The notes under the pieces: generated by a model | The model's database searches: none | Told to the model about the DNA's origin: nothing | What the model saw: the letters and a program-made list of their open reading frames with translations, nothing else | Position numbers and translations under genes: made by a program | Source: a virus | Virus record (IMG/VR): IMGVR_UViG_3300033493_000006 | Location: 1-39,623 of that record | Reading direction: 5' to 3' (one strand) | Length of the DNA: 39,623 bases | In this document: positions 31,966-39,623 of the stretch, one piece after another | Position numbering within the stretch: position 1 is the stretch's first letter | How the letters are laid out: the number at the start of each line of letters is the position of its first letter

Positions 31966-33192
31966 TCAGACGCCGAATGCGATTTGAGAATTCCAGCCGG
32001 GGGCGTTGCAGCTGAGGTTGGCGTAGTCACCCACGCGCACCTCGCTCGCGTCGGCGTTGGCCAAGCGCAACATCTCGAGCCCATCGCCGTACTTGAAGAT
32101 CTTCGGCACGGGGCCGAGCGACAAGCACTTCCAGGTTGGCATCTGGAGCAGGTAGCCGGTGGCGGCCTGACAGTTCCTGTCGGCGAAGCACTCGATGGGG
32201 CCCGCGGGGCCTTGGAGCTTCACGCCGCGGAACGAGATCTCCATGTCGTCACTGCCCCAGTCGACGAACTCGCGGCGAGCACCGAGCGCCTTGAGCAGCG
32301 CGGCCTCGGTGCCGTAGTTGTAGATCAGGTGCTTCGGACGGCCCTTCTCACGCCGGACCAGCAACGCCGAGTCGATGATGGCCTCTTCCACCGGCTGCTG
32401 GGCGCCGGCCCCGTAGTAGAGCCCGTAGAGTCGGCTGTCGACGCTGCGGTTGACGCCGTAGAAGTTGTCGAACGCTCCCGGAGCGACGGCCGGCAGCCAC
32501 GCCGAGAAGCCGCTGATGGACGAGTTCGAGTCGCCCTGCATGAGCAAGAAGTCGTTGGCCGCCCAGAGCGCGGGGGAGCCAGCGGGACCGCCCTGCGCGA
32601 CCGCCGAGACGGTGATGGTCCCGGCCATGACGTTGCGGGCCACCACGTAGCCCAGAGCCGCTCGAGGAGCTCCGCCGTCGGTCGAGCTCGCCTGGAGCAC
32701 CATGTTGATCCCGAACTGGGTCACATCGGCCGCGTTCGTCAGCGTGATGACGCCCGCGTTGATGGCGCTGATCCCGCCGCGCGAGCCGGTGCCCCCGCGG
32801 AACATCGCCGTCGAGAATCGCAACGCCGCCGACTGAATCGCCAAGTCGACGAAGAGCGTCGAGAAGTCGATGAACGCGCCCGCGTTGTCGGCCGAAGCTT
32901 CCATCGCCTGGTTGTCCAGAGTCGCCAAGGCATAGTCCTTTTTCAAGGTGACCATGAACTCGGCGAGGAGGCCAGGCGACTGGTTGGCCTGAGCGATCGC
33001 GAAGTTGTTGCTCGAGCCTTGGCTCACCTCGTAGACGACCGGAACCGGCCAATACTTTCCGGTAGTGTCGGTCTTTTTCGGAATCATGGCCAACGACGGG
33101 TTGTCGTCGTAGGCCAAGTTCTCAACTTTTTGATCGTCGTAGTGCTCTCTGAGGGCCGCGTTGCCAGCCGCCATATCGAAATATGCACCCAT
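31966..33192 (-). CDS. Major capsid protein, 408 aa
   Basis: Follows the scaffold gene in the terL-portal-scaffold-capsid order. Size and composition are typical of P22-type/HK97-fold coat proteins. GAGG SD. Confidence 0.8.
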   Translation of the reverse strand: MGAYFDMAAGNAALREHYDDQKVENLAYDDNPSLAMIPKKTDTTGKYWPVPVVYEVSQGSSNNFAIAQANQSPGLLAEFMVTLKKDYALATLDNQAMEASADNAGAFIDFSTLFVDLAIQSAALRFSTAMFRGGTGSRGGISAINAGVITLTNAADVTQFGINMVLQASSTDGGAPRAALGYVVARNVMAGTITVSAVAQGGPAGSPALWAANDFLLMQGDSNSSISGFSAWLPAVAPGAFDNFYGVNRSVDSRLYGLYYGAGAQQPVEEAIIDSALLVRREKGRPKHLIYNYGTEAALLKALGARREFVDWGSDDMEISFRGVKLQGPAGPIECFADRNCQAATGYLLQMPTWKCLSLGPVPKIFKYGDGLEMLRLANADASEVRVGDYANLSCNAPGWNSQIAFGV

Positions 33193-33231
33193 CGAAAAGC
33201 CTCAGCGCCCGTGGCGCGGTGAGGGCTCTCC

Positions 33232-34233
33232 TCAGTGGTGTGCCGCGGCCTTCCTCTCCTTCACCGCGGCGAACGCGGCGAGCGCTCGCTGTCGGCGCTC
33301 TTCGGGAGTCAGGCGAGCCGGGGCATCATCTTTGGTCGAGCCCGTGATGTCGTTTGAAAGCGATTTGCGCGGCTGCTGCCCATTACTCTGAGGCTGCTGC
33401 TCACCGTTCGGCTTCTGCTTGAGTTTGAGGCTTTCAGACTTTTTCTCGGATGTCAAGTCTGGGGGCTTCGGGGCGAAGCGTGACTTGTACTTCTCGGCCT
33501 TCATTGCGGCCTCGGCTACAGTCAACATCTCGCCCTCGATGAGCTCCGCCGCCTCCTTGGTGGTGAGCACCCTGCCTTGCCTGACGACCGCGCCGGACTC
33601 GTCGCGGCGCGACGTGGCGTGGAACTCCGACTCGATGCGCTGGGCGATGGCGCGGGCAACGGCTTCCTTTCCGCCCAGCCTCTCGAGGATTGGGTAGTCA
33701 GCGCCCGAGGTTGCGTAGAACTCCTCGGCCTCCATGCGGATGTTGGCCCGGGCCTGGTCGAGCGCCTGCTGTTGCTGCGCCTGAAGCCGCGACGTGCTCT
33801 CGTCGTCTCGAGCCTTCAGCTTCTGCTCGAACTCGTCTCGCATGCGCGCCATCTCTGACTGGATCAGGTCGGCGGGTGGGACGCCGTTGAGCTTCGATTC
33901 GTTGACCACCTCGTGCCAGTTGTCCCCGTAGATCGATTTGAGGAAGGCGGGCGGGTTGAGGCGGGCCTGTGACTCGCGCTTCTCGAGCTCCGAGAGCCTC
34001 GAGAGACGTTCGCCGGTGGTCTTCCGGTCGGCATCCCACTTCCGCCGCTCGATGATCTGCTCTTTCAGCTTCTTCTGGTGTTCGGCCTCAAGGCGCCGGT
34101 ACTTCTGCGCGATGTCGGCATCGGGCGGTGCGGCCGGCTTGGCTTCGGCAGCTGGGGGCGTTGGTGTCGCCGGAGCTGTGGGCGTGACGGAGGCAGGGGC
34201 TGTCGTTGCGGCGGGCGTAGTGGGGTCGGGCAT
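33232..34233 (-). CDS. Scaffolding protein, 333 aa
   Basis: Pro/Ala/Thr-rich N-terminus, then highly charged coiled coils. Lies between the portal and capsid genes. Confidence 0.65.
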   Translation of the reverse strand: MPDPTTPAATTAPASVTPTAPATPTPPAAEAKPAAPPDADIAQKYRRLEAEHQKKLKEQIIERRKWDADRKTTGERLSRLSELEKRESQARLNPPAFLKSIYGDNWHEVVNESKLNGVPPADLIQSEMARMRDEFEQKLKARDDESTSRLQAQQQQALDQARANIRMEAEEFYATSGADYPILERLGGKEAVARAIAQRIESEFHATSRRDESGAVVRQGRVLTTKEAAELIEGEMLTVAEAAMKAEKYKSRFAPKPPDLTSEKKSESLKLKQKPNGEQQPQSNGQQPRKSLSNDITGSTKDDAPARLTPEERRQRALAAFAAVKERKAAAHH

Positions 34234-34242
34234 GGCGTATCC

Positions 34243-36165
34243 TCAGGCTGCGGCTTGGGGGATGTTCGGGATAAGTTCCGACGTGGGGCTCGGCATCGGG
34301 TTGGCCTGAGGCTGGCCCCCAGATTCTGCCGGTGCCACAGCGGGCAACTGTGGGGGAGCTGCGGCGGTGAGGAGCATGTCCTCGAGCTGGGCGTTGTAGT
34401 CGCGCAAGAGGTCGAGCTTCTCGTCCTCGAGCCCCAAGAGCCGGTAGCGCTGGATGTACTCGAGGATCATTTCCTTGCTCAGCTGCAGGTCGTCGGTGGG
34501 CTCGGGGGGTTGGTACTCGCCGTCATCGACGATGGCGTCGAGGTTGCGCATGACGAGGTCTTCCTGTGCCGACGCCAGTGACTCGATGCTGTCGAGGTCG
34601 GCGAAGTCGAGCGCCTTCCTGCCTTGGCGGGGGGTGATCATGCCCGCCTGAATGTATTCCTGAATCGTCTGCAGGCGCCCCGCTGGGTCGCGCGGCAACC
34701 TCGAGACGGGGAAGCACTGCAACACGAATTCGTCCGTCTTCACCGCCTTGATGTCTTTCTTCCAGTCGATGGCGGTGAACGAGGTCTTCGACGGCGACCG
34801 CACCGGGCGAAGAGCGCCAGCGTCGGCGAGCTCACCCGCGAGCGCCACGGCCATGTTGGCCACCTCGAGGTAGAGGTTGTCGTTCGCTCGCTGCGTGGTG
34901 CGGTGCCGGTCGCTCTCCACGTCCTCCATCTCGCGAATCGCGACGCCACTGTTGAGACCCGCGGGCTTCGTCCCATGCGCCGACATCTGCGAGACGCCGG
35001 ACTTGTTGCGCGCTCGCTCGATGATCTCCCGCGTGTTCTGGAACCAGATCGGGTCGATGGGCTGAACCGTGATGTATTGCGGGGGCGTTCCCACGTAGTC
35101 GATGATCGTCCCGACGTCGTTGTTGAGGTGCTCCTTCACCGTCTTGCTGCCAGCCTGACGAAGGATCTTGAAGCTGCCCGCGAGCCGCATCGATTTCTGG
35201 ATCAGCTGGAGCTCGTAGTTCAGCTCGATCTGGTCGCCCTGGAGCTGCTCGCACAGGCCCTGGCTCCAGTAGCCCATGGGGCGCCGGCACCACGTCATGC
35301 GCGCGAAGGGGAACCACGGAAAGGGCCAGTCCTCGATCACCGTGAGCAGCGTCTCGTCCGAGACAAGGCTGATGACGTGCTTCCCGCCCTTGAGCTCGCC
35401 CTTTTCGTTCTCGTTCCCCAGGTGCCACGACTCGGCGACCTGCACCATGTCGGCCACCGACTCAGTCAACACGCCGCGCGTGTCCTTCGAGACGCGCATG
35501 ATGGCGTCCTTCTGCTCTGGGAAGTGGCCGGCGAGCTCGTCGCGGTCGACCAGCTTCAACCAGTGCATGTTCCTTGGCGCCCCGTATTGCCCCTCGACCT
35601 CATCGATCCACAGCTCGGTGGCCAGGGCGCGCTCGACACGAACGCGGCCATTTTGGCCGAAGACGTGGAGGAAGCCATCGCCTCCGACGAGTGCGTCGCG
35701 GAAGGCGTCCAAGCCCTTGTCGTAGACGCGCTCCTCATAGAAGACGCCCTCGACCCACTGGTTCAGCTTCTTCGCCTTGCGCTGCTGCTTGTACGACCCG
35801 CCGCTCGTGAGGAAGTAGGGGCGGGGCTTCGTCTCTCCAACGCGCGCGGTGAGCGTGTCCACGACCTCCTGGCACACGTTGTACGTGACCCGGTCGCGCT
35901 GCGCTGTGGCCGCCTGCTGAACCCGCGCGTAGGCCCCGCTCGTCGGCAGCGACAGGGAGCCGTAGAGGCGCTGGCTGATGACCTGTTGCCGCATTCGCAC
36001 CGTCTGCGCCTTCTGCAGCTTCTCAATCGTCGACCCGATGGACCGGGCGCACTCTCGACCCTCGAGGCGCCACCAGTCGCGGCGCACGCCCCGCTCGATG
36101 TCCGTGCGGTCGTCGCGGTGGGGCTTCTGTCCCGACTTCGGCTTCAGGTCTCGATAGTCGCTCAC
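34243..36165 (-). CDS. Portal protein, 640 aa
   Basis: Size and position upstream of the scaffold and capsid genes. GTG start in a GTGA overlap (36162-36165). Confidence 0.75.
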   Translation of the reverse strand: MSDYRDLKPKSGQKPHRDDRTDIERGVRRDWWRLEGRECARSIGSTIEKLQKAQTVRMRQQVISQRLYGSLSLPTSGAYARVQQAATAQRDRVTYNVCQEVVDTLTARVGETKPRPYFLTSGGSYKQQRKAKKLNQWVEGVFYEERVYDKGLDAFRDALVGGDGFLHVFGQNGRVRVERALATELWIDEVEGQYGAPRNMHWLKLVDRDELAGHFPEQKDAIMRVSKDTRGVLTESVADMVQVAESWHLGNENEKGELKGGKHVISLVSDETLLTVIEDWPFPWFPFARMTWCRRPMGYWSQGLCEQLQGDQIELNYELQLIQKSMRLAGSFKILRQAGSKTVKEHLNNDVGTIIDYVGTPPQYITVQPIDPIWFQNTREIIERARNKSGVSQMSAHGTKPAGLNSGVAIREMEDVESDRHRTTQRANDNLYLEVANMAVALAGELADAGALRPVRSPSKTSFTAIDWKKDIKAVKTDEFVLQCFPVSRLPRDPAGRLQTIQEYIQAGMITPRQGRKALDFADLDSIESLASAQEDLVMRNLDAIVDDGEYQPPEPTDDLQLSKEMILEYIQRYRLLGLEDEKLDLLRDYNAQLEDMLLTAAAPPQLPAVAPAESGGQPQANPMPSPTSELIPNIPQAAA

Positions 36166-36425
36166 GGTGATGTCCCTTTCTCAGGTGGTGAACAAGAGCT
36201 CGGGTCGCAGCCGTGCAAGCAGAGCCCGCCGTCGCCGTGCTCGTGCGCCATGTGGCCGCACGCACATCGGTCGGGGTCGGGCGCTGGCTTCGCTTCGGGG
36301 CGAGGGTCGATGCTCGGCTCGAACTCGACCTCGATGCCGTGCGCTGTCTCTCGGTAGATGCGCACGCCCTTCGAGCGAAGCAGGTCGAGAATGTCGGCGA
36401 GGTGGGCGAGCTGGTGGTCGGGCAT
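36162..36425 (-). CDS. Hypothetical Cys/His-rich protein, 87 aa
   Basis: CACGHMAHEHGDGGLCLHGCD metal-binding-like motif. ATG at 36425 (TGATG overlap), or GTG at 36428. Confidence 0.55.
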   Translation of the reverse strand: MPDHQLAHLADILDLLRSKGVRIYRETAHGIEVEFEPSIDPRPEAKPAPDPDRCACGHMAHEHGDGGLCLHGCDPSSCSPPEKGTSP

Positions 36426-36631
36426 CACCGGCTCCAGTCGATGAGGTCGTAGTTGGCGCGGTACTCGGCGGAGTTGCCCCCGGGGCCCTCGCCGCCGCCG
36501 CGCATGAACTGCTTCATGAGCTGGTTCTTCAGCCGCTGCTCGCTGGGCGTGAAGCCACCGTCGTACCGCCCCATGCGCTTCTCGCGCGACTTCCCGCGCG
36601 GTGATTCGCTGCCGATTGGGTCGCCGTTCAT
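36425..36631 (-). CDS. Hypothetical protein, 68 aa (ends ...AEYRANYDLIDWSR)
   Basis: Internal ATG at 36631 in an ATGA overlap (36628-36631). Confidence 0.55.
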   Translation of the reverse strand: MNGDPIGSESPRGKSREKRMGRYDGGFTPSEQRLKNQLMKQFMRGGGEGPGGNSAEYRANYDLIDWSR

Positions 36632-37011
36632 GATGTCACCCATCCCTCGAGGCGTTCTCGCTCGTCCCTCTCGGCGCGGGTGGCCTCCCACACGGCATAG
36701 CCGCACATCAACTGTTCCTCTTCGCTCCCAAGGAGCGCATGAAGCTCGGCTATGCGCTTGGTGTTCTGCTCCACAAACCAGCCGGCCCCCAATCGGTACT
36801 CCGTGGCCACCAGTTCCCACGAAAGAGCCCTGAAGATCAGCTCGTGAATCTGCCGCTTCAGCGCCGCGGGGAACTCGTCCGGTACATCCTTGGTGCCAAG
36901 CATCGCCTCGACACCTCGCCGCGTCTGACGCAACTCCTCGAGGGCCTCTGGCGACAACGCCTTCGCGACCTGCTTTGCGCGCTCGTGGAACGCCTTCTCG
37001 GTGTCGTTCAT
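36628..37011 (-). CDS. Hypothetical helical protein, 127 aa
   Basis: Internal ATG at 37011 in an ATGA overlap (37008-37011). Confidence 0.6.
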   Translation of the reverse strand: MNDTEKAFHERAKQVAKALSPEALEELRQTRRGVEAMLGTKDVPDEFPAALKRQIHELIFRALSWELVATEYRLGAGWFVEQNTKRIAELHALLGSEEEQLMCGYAVWEATRAERDERERLEGWVTS

Positions 37012-37217
37012 GATGCCCTCGGCTTGAAGTCGCCCCGGCATCCGCAGTCGCACCCGTCGAGAAGCTGGCGCTTCACCATCGAGCGCAGCTTGGCCAGCAC
37101 CACCTTGTGCGGAATCGGAGCGAACGCGTCCTGAATGGCGAACAGCGACCCGCCGACACGGGCAATCACCTTGAGCACATCAGCATCGGTCAGCGTCTTG
37201 GCCTGGATGGTCTTCAT
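37008..37217 (-). CDS. Hypothetical winged-helix-like protein, 69 aa, with GCDCGCRGDF motif
   Basis: ATGA overlap at 37214-37217. ...HKVVLAKLRSMVKRQLLDGCDCGCRGDF. Confidence 0.6.
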   Translation of the reverse strand: MKTIQAKTLTDADVLKVIARVGGSLFAIQDAFAPIPHKVVLAKLRSMVKRQLLDGCDCGCRGDFKPRAS

Positions 37218-37642
37218 GTCCCCTCCGCCGCCTCAATCTCGGGTGGAAACTCGGGGCGATTCGCCTTCAGGAGTCGCTCGCGCTCGGCGAGTTCCGAGGG
37301 AGACCAGCGCACCGCGGGGGCTGGCGGGCGTTGTGGGGCCGGTGATTCGACCGATCCCACGTCGGGACCCGTTTCGTAGGTCACCGGCACAGGCAAGTGC
37401 TTGCCGTTGGCAGCCGGCTTCCATGCCCCAGCCTCTCGCAACACCGCCAACGCCGCGGCGACGCGCGACGCGGCTGCCTCGAGCTCTGCGACCGTCATGC
37501 TACCGATGTCCTCTGGGCTCACTTGGATTCCCCATCTCTTCTTCGCATTGAGTCGCTCCTTCTTGTCGTACTCCTCATCGATCCTTTGCTCGCGCGCTCG
37601 ACGCCTCTCCTGTCTCAGCTTGAAGCGCTCGGCTTCGGTCAT
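37214..37642 (-). CDS. Hypothetical protein, 142 aa, sharing a 32-aa module with the XRE protein
   Basis: Internal ATG at 37642 in an ATGA overlap (37639-37642). VSPEDIGSMTVAELEAAASRVAAALAVLREAG parallels VSPDIGKMTVEEIEHAARRVAVALAMLRSAQ. Confidence 0.6.
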   Translation of the reverse strand: MTEAERFKLRQERRRAREQRIDEEYDKKERLNAKKRWGIQVSPEDIGSMTVAELEAAASRVAAALAVLREAGAWKPAANGKHLPVPVTYETGPDVGSVESPAPQRPPAPAVRWSPSELAERERLLKANRPEFPPEIEAAEGT

Positions 37643-37965
37643 CTCGGGCCACCCAGCTTCACGCCGAGTACCTGGCCGATCTTCTCGAGGGTCCTGGGGC
37701 TCGCCTTGTCTTGGGTCTCGAGGATCACCACAGCCTGAATCCCGAGCCCAGCCAGCTTCGCCAGTGCCTGCTGTGAGTGTCCGGCATCGACGCGCAAGGA
37801 TCTGGCTCGGTCTCCGAGCCCCTTGGTCACCGTCATCCCTCCGGTCATGCGCTGGCGTGGTGTCGGTCCATTCTGCGCAGAACGAAGCATTGCGAGCGCC
37901 ACAGCTACGCGGCGGGCGGCGTGCTCTATCTCCTCGACCGTCATCTTGCCGATGTCGGGGCTCAC
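37639..37965 (-). CDS. XRE-family helix-turn-helix protein, about 108 aa
   Basis: LGDRARSLRVDAGHSQQALAKLAGLGIQAVVILETQDKASPRTLEKIGQVLGVKL is an HTH_3 pattern. Probable GTG start at 37965 in a GTGA overlap with the terL stop. The ORF-track start is 37971. Confidence 0.75.
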   Translation of the reverse strand: MSPDIGKMTVEEIEHAARRVAVALAMLRSAQNGPTPRQRMTGGMTVTKGLGDRARSLRVDAGHSQQALAKLAGLGIQAVVILETQDKASPRTLEKIGQVLGVKLGGPR

Positions 37966-39416
37966 AGCCACCCCTCGAGTTCAGCGGCTTCCGCTCTCGC
38001 CTGTCGATTCGCCTCAAACTCCCGCTCCATTTCGGCCTCCAGTTCCTGCATCTGCCTGTGATGCTCGTGCTCGAACCACAGCGGCGTGTTGATCTTCGGA
38101 GGAGCCACCTTCGGCTCAACGAACGTCCAAGCGAGCGCCCTGCGCCAGGCATAGAGCGTGGCGTCTGCGATGTCGCTGTGGAAGCGCTCGCTGATCTTCG
38201 GCTTCTCGGGATTCGACCGGTCCCACTCGACGCGCATGCAGTCGTCAGCGAAGCGTGAGTCGGGCGGGGCGAAGAAGCGGCTCGTGCGCATGGCGTCGTT
38301 CAAGAGCTCGATGTGCTCGAGCTTGCGCTCCTTCTCGGCCGCCTCGATGGGTACCTGGGTCCTCTGGGTGATCTCCTCGGCGATCTTCTTGCCAAGTCCG
38401 CCCGTGTCGGCGACGACAGCCATCGGCTGGTAGCGGTCGTAGGCGCTCTTCACCCGCTCCATGAGGCCGGTGATCGACTGCTTCGCCCCGACCCACTCTT
38501 CGACGAGGTCGATCTCTGGCGAGTCATCGCGCCACCCCAGCACGGCGATGGCGTCGGCGTCGTCGAAGCCGAGGTCGACACCGATGACGTAGTGCTGCCA
38601 CGCGCGGCGCTCCGAGCGGCCGTTGCGTTCCGGGTCGAAGCGGAACACGAGCGCGTTGGCGTCGAGGACCCAGCGCCCGAACCACTCGCGCTGAATCGAC
38701 GCGTCGTCGACCGTCACCCCTCGCCTCTCGAGCTCCTGCGCCAAGAGGGCCTGAGGGGTGAACCCGCTCTTCTTCGCGATCCATGGATTGTCCACCACCG
38801 ACCACGAGTGGTGCGCCCACGTCGGCGAGACTGAGCAGTCGTGGAAGTACCCGACCGGCACCGGTCCAGGCGTGCCCACGAGGAAGAGCTGGCCAGCGAA
38901 GTCCATCAACGCGGGGGCAATCACCTCGTCCACCAGCTTCGCCAGGTAGGCGGGGAACGACTGCGCTTCGTCGACGATGCAGAGCCCGAGTGCCAGGCCT
39001 CGGAACTTCTCCACCTCGGATTCGTCCGCGGCCCCGCTGAGGTAGATTCTCGAGCCGTTGGTGAGCTCGAGACAGAGCTCGGCCTCCGACACCTTCGCGC
39101 CCAGCTTGTGCTTCTCAGCGAGCTCTTTGACGATGCCCCAGACGAGCCGCTTGGCGTTGATTCGGCTCAGCGTGATGTACAGCGCGACGCAACCGGGCTT
39201 CTTGCGTGCGACGTCGATGAGCTTCGCTGCGCACGCGTACGACTTGCCAGCGCGTCGGGTGCAGACGGCGGTGACTTGTCGCGCTGTCTCGGTGCCGAAC
39301 GGAAGCTGGCGCTCGAAGAGGATGCTCGAGAGGTCGAAGACGGCGTCGGCCGCACTTCGACGCTTCTCGAGCGCCTCAATGCGCCGCTGAATGGCCGCTG
39401 TCACCTTCGGCGCCAT
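37962..39416 (-). CDS. terL: Terminase large subunit, 484 aa
   Basis: Walker A CTRRAGKS and Walker B/catalytic LCIVDEAQ. RNaseH-like nuclease acidic motifs VIGVDLGFDD, VVADTGG and HSDIADA. Confidence 0.92.
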   Translation of the reverse strand: MAPKVTAAIQRRIEALEKRRSAADAVFDLSSILFERQLPFGTETARQVTAVCTRRAGKSYACAAKLIDVARKKPGCVALYITLSRINAKRLVWGIVKELAEKHKLGAKVSEAELCLELTNGSRIYLSGAADESEVEKFRGLALGLCIVDEAQSFPAYLAKLVDEVIAPALMDFAGQLFLVGTPGPVPVGYFHDCSVSPTWAHHSWSVVDNPWIAKKSGFTPQALLAQELERRGVTVDDASIQREWFGRWVLDANALVFRFDPERNGRSERRAWQHYVIGVDLGFDDADAIAVLGWRDDSPEIDLVEEWVGAKQSITGLMERVKSAYDRYQPMAVVADTGGLGKKIAEEITQRTQVPIEAAEKERKLEHIELLNDAMRTSRFFAPPDSRFADDCMRVEWDRSNPEKPKISERFHSDIADATLYAWRRALAWTFVEPKVAPPKINTPLWFEHEHHRQMQELEAEMEREFEANRQARAEAAELEGWL

Positions 39417-39621
39417 CAGAGCCTTCCAGTCTTGCGAGACGATTCAGAAGCTCTTCGACCTCGGACTCGACCCCGCTCGGCCACACCTTCTGAAGGATGG
39501 TCGCCGCAGCCCGGACCTTCACCGCCTCGTCTGGAGACTTCAAGGTGGCGATCAACGCCTCGACTGCGCTCGGGGCCGCAGAGAAGAGCAGCTCCTTTGC
39601 TCGTCTCTCGGAGTCGGACAT
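39376..39621 (-). CDS. Small helical protein, 81 aa, upstream of terL (terminase small subunit candidate)
   Basis: Position directly upstream of terL, overlapping it by 41 nt. AVEALIATLKSPDEAVKVRAAATILQKV resembles a helix motif seen in some TerS proteins. The 5' end is duplicated at 1..125 by the assembly overlap. Confidence 0.4.
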   Translation of the reverse strand: MSDSERRAKELLFSAAPSAVEALIATLKSPDEAVKVRAAATILQKVWPSGVESEVEELLNRLARLEGSDGAEGDSGHSAAH

Positions 39622-39623
39622 CG
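39497..39623. repeat. Terminal direct repeat copy B, identical to 1..127
   Basis: Same as copy A. It contains the 5' end of the terS-like ORF, which is therefore duplicated at 1..125 (minus). Confidence 0.95.

Noticed and set aside
34624-36357. Very long alternative-strand or alternative-frame ORFs. Examples are 34624..36357 (+, 577 aa), 22186..23649 (+, 487 aa), 31957..33222 (+, 421 aa), 13793..14887 (-, 364 aa) and 5270..6058 (-, 262 aa).
   Set aside because: Their composition (runs of R, P, G, A, H) is typical of stop-poor non-coding frames in high-GC DNA. They overlap recognisable genes (portal, capsid, internal protein, endolysin and holin). The real genes are defined by motifs and by stop/start coupling, and only the 3' portions of the last two ORFs are used.
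1-39623. A prophage with attachment sites, or an integrative element.
   Set aside because: There is no integrase, excision partner, flanking host gene or att-like direct repeats other than the 127-bp assembly overlap. The contig closes on itself as a free phage genome.

Overview
This window is a complete, circularly assembled, high-GC (about 65% by eye) dsDNA phage genome. Bases 1-127 are identical to bases 39497-39623, an assembler-type overlap, so the unique length is about 39.5 kb. I count about 70 tightly packed protein genes. I saw no tRNA, rRNA, CRISPR array, integrase, transposase or reverse transcriptase.

Layout:
- An AT-richer divergent control region lies at 6281-6451.
- A leftward early operon runs 6280->243 on the minus strand. 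It has many small Cys-rich proteins, an Arr-like ADP-ribosyltransferase, a replisome-organizer plus DnaC-like loader pair with iteron-type repeats inside the organizer gene, and a RusA-like resolvase.
- A rightward operon runs 6452->12836 on the plus strand. It has an excisionase-type HTH protein, a YqaJ-type exonuclease plus RecT, Ea22-like paralogs and an ASCH-like protein.
- The minus strand continues across the circular junction into the late region (39621->13793). In order: a terS-like gene, TerL, a six-gene accessory island with an XRE HTH, portal, scaffold, major capsid, small structural genes including two tandem paralogs, adaptor and fibre proteins, a T7-gp12-like nozzle candidate, two giant internal/ejection-type proteins, a LamG-type fibre, two membrane proteins, a glucosaminidase endolysin, a 4-TM holin candidate, a bitopic protein and a hairpin terminator.
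- A separate three-gene minus-strand operon (13565->12817) ends in a ribbon-helix-helix gene.
- The gene order and the lack of tail tube or sheath genes suggest a podovirus-like virion.

Most interesting signals:
- A 41-bp near-perfect inverted repeat (15324-15364 and 15880-15920) brackets the junction of two genes just upstream of the lysis genes. It is fully paired (one G-U) only in the sense RNA.
- A phage Arr-family ADP-ribosyltransferase homolog lies at 5270-5710.
- Ten-bp-phased GTGAC iterons sit next to a (GGGCT)4 G-quadruplex motif inside the organizer gene.
- Two candidate anti-defense-style islands: the terL-portal island with an XRE gene, and small acidic proteins followed by an RHH gene.
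- The C-terminal part of the fibre gene shows a sharp GC drop.

All functional calls come from motif recognition by eye. No database search was run.
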